From positions 32,001-96,000 of IMG/VR virus record IMGVR_UViG_3300046314_000148: 64,000 nucleotides of DNA. One strand, given 5' to 3'. Both the position numbers and the translations under genes were made by a program. Below the pieces are notes generated by a model. The model saw nothing but the letters and a program-made list of their open reading frames with translations. It made no database searches and was not told the origin of the DNA. The first letter of the stretch is position 1. Each line of letters opens with the position of its first letter. Positions 59,798 to 64,000 of the stretch are shown here, one piece after another. Source of the stretch: a virus.

Positions 59798-60310
59798 ATG
59801 GCCACAGGTAGATCCAATATATATGAAATTCCATTCCCACAATCTGGGGATGCCGTAAACGTTCATGGAGACATCAAGAGCCTTGTAGAAAGGCTAGACC
59901 TAGTTCTTCCACAAGCCTCATATGTCGATATTCCAGCAAAGAATACATCTGGCTCAACCATACCTGCAGGATCTGCAGTCTACGTGACTGGTCATGATGG
60001 AACCAATGTTACGGTTTCTGCAGCAACTGGAAGCACGACTACCCCAACTTTGGGATTGCTTAGAGCATCAACAACAAACAACTCTGTAGGTGTCGTCGTT
60101 GTAGCAGGAGTTATCACAGGAATAAACACCTCTTCTTTCTCGGCTGGAGATACCCTATTTATCGGTGAATCTGGCGGACTAGTAAAAACATCTACATCAA
60201 CTACTGGTGTTGCAGTTGCTACTGTAATTTATTCAGCAGTAAGCGGAACCATTATGGTTGGAACCCGAGGCGACGGAACATGGGGAGCACTAAAAGCTGG
60301 CATAGCTTAA
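59798..60310 (+). CDS. putative virion structural protein
   Basis: N.SG.TI..G.AVY, G.V...G.I.GINTS.F.AGD.L. Confidence 0.6.
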   Translation: MATGRSNIYEIPFPQSGDAVNVHGDIKSLVERLDLVLPQASYVDIPAKNTSGSTIPAGSAVYVTGHDGTNVTVSAATGSTTTPTLGLLRASTTNNSVGVVVVAGVITGINTSSFSAGDTLFIGESGGLVKTSTSTTGVAVATVIYSAVSGTIMVGTRGDGTWGALKAGIA

Positions 60311-60328
60311 TGGTGGTATAATAATAAA

Positions 60329-60721
60329 ATGGCAAGAGGAAATAACTACTCAGTTGGAAACATCCCCCCACAGGTCGCTTGGACAGTTGTGCGTGGAGAT
60401 ACTGCCGCATTCAGAGTCTACCTAACAGACGATACTAAGACAGCGTTGACCATGGCAGACTGGGACATATCGATGAAGATAAAGCGTCCAAACCTAGCAA
60501 AGAATCTTGGCATTATTACTGATGACGCAACCTTGGTACTAACTCTTACCCCAGCACCAGACGCAGATGATGTAGCTGGAGAGTTTACAGTCTCACTAAC
60601 CGCAGAAGAATCAGAATCCCTAGAGACTGGAGACATCTTTGACATCCAGGTTTCTCAGGTTGGAACTGTTTGGACTGTGGCCCAGGGTAAGATGATTATC
60701 CTGGAAGATGTAACTGACTAA
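60329..60721 (+). CDS. virion structural protein (BppU-N-like)
   Basis: WTVVRGDT...FDIQ...G...I.EDVT. Confidence 0.6.
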   Translation: MARGNNYSVGNIPPQVAWTVVRGDTAAFRVYLTDDTKTALTMADWDISMKIKRPNLAKNLGIITDDATLVLTLTPAPDADDVAGEFTVSLTAEESESLETGDIFDIQVSQVGTVWTVAQGKMIILEDVTD

Positions 60722-60945
60722 TGTCAAAATCTATAATTGTCGATAAAGCAAAACGCTCTGTAAGATATATTAAGAACTCTAACTTTTTTACATCCAAGAT
60801 ATCTTATAGATCTGGCACGGTAAAAATAAATCAAACCCTACCTTTTAGAATTAAATTCACTAATATCGGTATTGCTGGATATGGCCAAGGTGGAGCGGCA
60901 CCAATTGGAATTGCAGTCATTGGACTGAACAACTACGTTATGTAA
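60721..60945 (+). CDS. small structural-region protein
   Basis: Coupled TAATG. Confidence 0.55.
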   Translation: MSKSIIVDKAKRSVRYIKNSNFFTSKISYRSGTVKINQTLPFRIKFTNIGIAGYGQGGAAPIGIAVIGLNNYVM

Positions 60946-60975
60946 TACATTCATAAACGATTGTATAATTAATGT

Positions 60976-61422
60976 ATGTCTAGAACAACCCTCCCCTATG
61001 TAAAGACCAGATTTCAAACTGGTGACCGTCCAGAACAACAGGACTATGTAGATCTAATTGATACTACATCTGCTCAATCAACTGATCTAGGAAGCTTCGG
61101 TAATAACGAAAATACTATTTCTGGAATTGAGAACCCAACAGTAATCGATTCATTCGATGCAACTATATGGCGTATGGTTAAGTACATGGTATCTATTTCT
61201 AAGGTATCAGATGGAAATAACCTGTTCTACGCAACCGAACTTACCATCCTTGTAGACAACACAGACGTGAATGTCTCTGAGTATGGAACAATTGACAATG
61301 ATGGGAATATTGGCACCGTTAGCGTCTCACGCTCTGGAGATACAGTCGCACTGACTGTTACCCCAGATGCAATAGTAAAGCCTGTTACTGTGCGATTCGC
61401 TCGCATCGGTCTCAAGGCGTAA
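60976..61422 (+). CDS. putative tail-associated protein
   Basis: FQTGD.P.QQDY.DLID; IDSF....R..KY...EYG. Confidence 0.6.
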   Translation: MSRTTLPYVKTRFQTGDRPEQQDYVDLIDTTSAQSTDLGSFGNNENTISGIENPTVIDSFDATIWRMVKYMVSISKVSDGNNLFYATELTILVDNTDVNVSEYGTIDNDGNIGTVSVSRSGDTVALTVTPDAIVKPVTVRFARIGLKA

Positions 61423-61444
61423 TTACCCCAACTAGGAGATTAAA

Positions 61445-64000
61445 ATGGCAACAGTAAACAAGAATTTCAAGATCAAAAGCGGTCTTGTTGTAGAAGGTAC
61501 CACAGGTACCATTAATGGTGAGAACATTCTTACCGAAGGTGCAAGCGACCAATATATCATTGATCTTATTGGCGGCGAAACACTAGTTACCTCAGTTGAA
61601 TCGACTCAGCTTGAGGTAGTCAATGGAGAGCTTAACGTTAAGGCCAACGTATTCGATGACGCAGGTGCAGCAACCCAGGCATACAACGATGGCGTGGACT
61701 ACACTAATGGTGAAATCACCACAGCACTAACAGCTGCACAGGGCTATGCAACTACCGCAGAAGGTAATGCAAATGACTACACAGACGATGCAATTGCTGG
61801 AGAAGTAACAGATCGCAACAACGCAATCGATGGTGCAATCAACACCGAAGTTACCAACCGCAACTCAGCAATTGCAACCGCTCAGACCGCTGCCGAAGAC
61901 TACGCAGATACTGCTATTTCAAACCTTAACCTAGGCACAACCTATGACGCATACGGTGCAGCAGCCACAGCAGAGCAGAACGCCATTGCCCACGCAGACT
62001 CTTTAACTACAGACGACATTGCAGAAGGTACAAACGAGTACTTTACAGCAGATCGTGCTCAGGATGCAGTTGCTACTGCTCTATCTAATGGAACTCACAC
62101 AAACATCACCGTAGCTTACGATGATGCAGCTAATGCAATTAGCCTTACTGGTGCAGTAACTTATACAGACGAAGATGCTAGAGACGCAATCGGAACTGCA
62201 CTAACAGCTGGTGCAAATGCCGTTGTTACAGTAGACGACGCTGCAAATACCATTACAGTTGCCGTAGACGAAGACATCGTTATTCCATCTACTGGATCTC
62301 TAGAAGTTCAGACAAACGACTTTAACGTTGGTGCAGGTTCTGCAGCCCTTAGAACATCTGATGAGTATGTAAACCCACTTGCAGTGTTCTCTGGAGACTT
62401 TGATGACGACTACGCACAGGTAGTTATTAAGAACACTGGTTCTGGAGTCAACTCGTCATCTGACCTACAGCTTTACTCAAACAACGGAGATGACATCAAT
62501 GGTGGTTGGGTAGACCTAGGTATCACATCGTCAACCTTCTCTGACCCAAACTTTACAATCACATCGCCTAACGATGGTTACATCTTCATGGAGGCTCCAG
62601 AAGGAACCGACGGAAACGGTGACTTTGTTATCGCAACTGGATCTAACGGTGCTAGAAACGCTATTGTTTTTGCAGCTGGAGGACTACAGTCTGACAACAC
62701 ACAGATGACCATTCTTCCAGATGAGTCAGTAACCATTGCTATCAATACCCCATCTACATCTCCATCTACTGGTGCTCTTGTTGTTCAGGGTGGTGTTGGT
62801 ATCCAAGGTGACGTTAACATCGAGGGTAACATTACATTCGGTGGAGAAGGAACAAGCCTTACAACTGAAAACCTAGCCGTTACAGACCCAATAATCTACG
62901 TTGGTGACCAGAACGCTGGAGACGCAGTAGACATGGGTATCGTTACTGAGTACAAGGACGGTGCTACAACTAAGTTTGCTGGTGTTGTTCGTGACGCTTC
63001 TGATGGTGTCTTCAAGGTATTCTCTGGTGCAACAACTAAGCCAACTTCTACAGTTGACTTTGCTGGTGCTGGCCTAGAGTACGGAGATTTGAAGGTAGAC
63101 GAGATTGTCGCAGCTAGTGCAACACTTACTAACGTTACCATCGGCGTAGTTGACCAGGATGAGATTGCCTACCTAAACGGTGTGACATCTAACATTCAGG
63201 ATCAGCTAGACGCTAAGCAGGCAGAGGTTACAGCTGGAGACGGTCTATCATTCTCGGGCACAACCCTAAATGTTGACCTAGACCCTACTAGCAACCTAAC
63301 TCTTGCTGGCGGCCTACTAGCGGTTGATACAACATCGATTGCAACTCGTACCTATGCAGATGGTGCTGCAAGCGATGCAGACACTTCAGCAAGAGGATAC
63401 GCAGACAGCCTTGCCTCTAACTACGACGCAGCAGGAGCAGCCGCAACTGCTAAGTCAGAAGCAATTTCTGATGCCGCAGACTATACAAATACTGCCCTAG
63501 AGTCATACACAACAGCTGCAAGCCTAGAGACAACAATCGATGGATATGGATTTGCTTACACAAGCGAAATCCCAACATCAACCGATGCACTTTTCGAAGG
63601 TGTAAATAATCTATACTACACCGATGCTCGTGTAGATGGAGAAGTCGTAGGTCTTTTGACAAATGCCACTCTAAACAACATTAGCATTACTGCAGATGGG
63701 TATGACCTAACCATTACTGCAGAAAATGGTGTTGGAGACTCTACAACCGACGATCTAGTCGAAGGTGAAGATAACCTTTACTACACAACTGGACGTGCAA
63801 AGTCAGATGCAGCGAATCTTCTAGTCGGAGCAACCCTCAGCAACATAACTATTACTGGTGACGGCGACGGTCTAACCATTACTGCAGAAAATGGTGTAGC
63901 TGGTTCAACCACATCCGATCTTACCGAAGGCACAAACCTTTACTTCACAGACCAGAGAGCTTTGGATGCAATTGCAAATGAAACTATCTATCCAACAGTT
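61445..64000 (+). CDS. long tail fibre-like protein (3' truncated; absent from ORF track)
   Basis: RBS AGGAG; frame appears open for 852 codons to the window end; repeated TxDLxEGxxNLYY/FTxxR motifs. Confidence 0.8.
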   Translation, partial: MATVNKNFKIKSGLVVEGTTGTINGENILTEGASDQYIIDLIGGETLVTSVESTQLEVVNGELNVKANVFDDAGAATQAYNDGVDYTNGEITTALTAAQGYATTAEGNANDYTDDAIAGEVTDRNNAIDGAINTEVTNRNSAIATAQTAAEDYADTAISNLNLGTTYDAYGAAATAEQNAIAHADSLTTDDIAEGTNEYFTADRAQDAVATALSNGTHTNITVAYDDAANAISLTGAVTYTDEDARDAIGTALTAGANAVVTVDDAANTITVAVDEDIVIPSTGSLEVQTNDFNVGAGSAALRTSDEYVNPLAVFSGDFDDDYAQVVIKNTGSGVNSSSDLQLYSNNGDDINGGWVDLGITSSTFSDPNFTITSPNDGYIFMEAPEGTDGNGDFVIATGSNGARNAIVFAAGGLQSDNTQMTILPDESVTIAINTPSTSPSTGALVVQGGVGIQGDVNIEGNITFGGEGTSLTTENLAVTDPIIYVGDQNAGDAVDMGIVTEYKDGATTKFAGVVRDASDGVFKVFSGATTKPTSTVDFAGAGLEYGDLKVDEIVAASATLTNVTIGVVDQDEIAYLNGVTSNIQDQLDAKQAEVTAGDGLSFSGTTLNVDLDPTSNLTLAGGLLAVDTTSIATRTYADGAASDADTSARGYADSLASNYDAAGAAATAKSEAISDAADYTNTALESYTTAASLETTIDGYGFAYTSEIPTSTDALFEGVNNLYYTDARVDGEVVGLLTNATLNNISITADGYDLTITAENGVGDSTTDDLVEGEDNLYYTTGRAKSDAANLLVGATLSNITITGDGDGLTITAENGVAGSTTSDLTEGTNLYFTDQRALDAIANETIYPTV

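Noticed and set aside
62896-63662. Minus-strand ORFs 62896..63141 and 63450..63662
   Set aside because: They lie opposite the long plus-strand fibre ORF starting at 61445

Overview
64-kb segment of a large, AT-leaning tailed phage. The likely host is a freshwater Actinomycetota (WhiB, actinobacterial class Ib NrdHIEF, DUF7455-like gene, many leaderless promoters). Left to right: (1) end of the terminase large subunit, a secreted Ig-like surface protein, nrdIEF and a Pro-rich adhesin-like protein; (2) 15 tRNAs plus one aberrant tRNA-like RNA in five loci; (3) a dispersed glycan-modification toolkit (2OG-Fe(II) prolyl-hydroxylase-like enzymes, GT60-, GT8-, GT32- and GT4-like transferases, Gmd, epimerase, UDP-sugar dehydrogenase, APS kinase fusion, sulfotransferase-like proteins), interspersed with M23 endolysin, SNase, WhiB, Dps, GroES, ThyX and dNMP kinase; (4) an AT-rich stretch with tandem DnaA boxes near 40.7 kb; (5) a leftward early/host-takeover-like region (41.4-52 kb) of tiny genes, divided by nine copies of a 49-bp dyad site (TTGACA-N13-GGGGnnnCCCC-N13-TGTCAA) and carrying a private '-30 box' promoter class; (6) tail/baseplate genes ending in a long fibre ORF that runs off the window. 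The best candidates for novel biology are the dyad-site/promoter architecture of the early region, a possible Skp1-type hydroxyproline-glycosylation (plus sulfation) pathway, and several unannotated structured RNAs. All calls come from reading motifs by eye; no database search was run.
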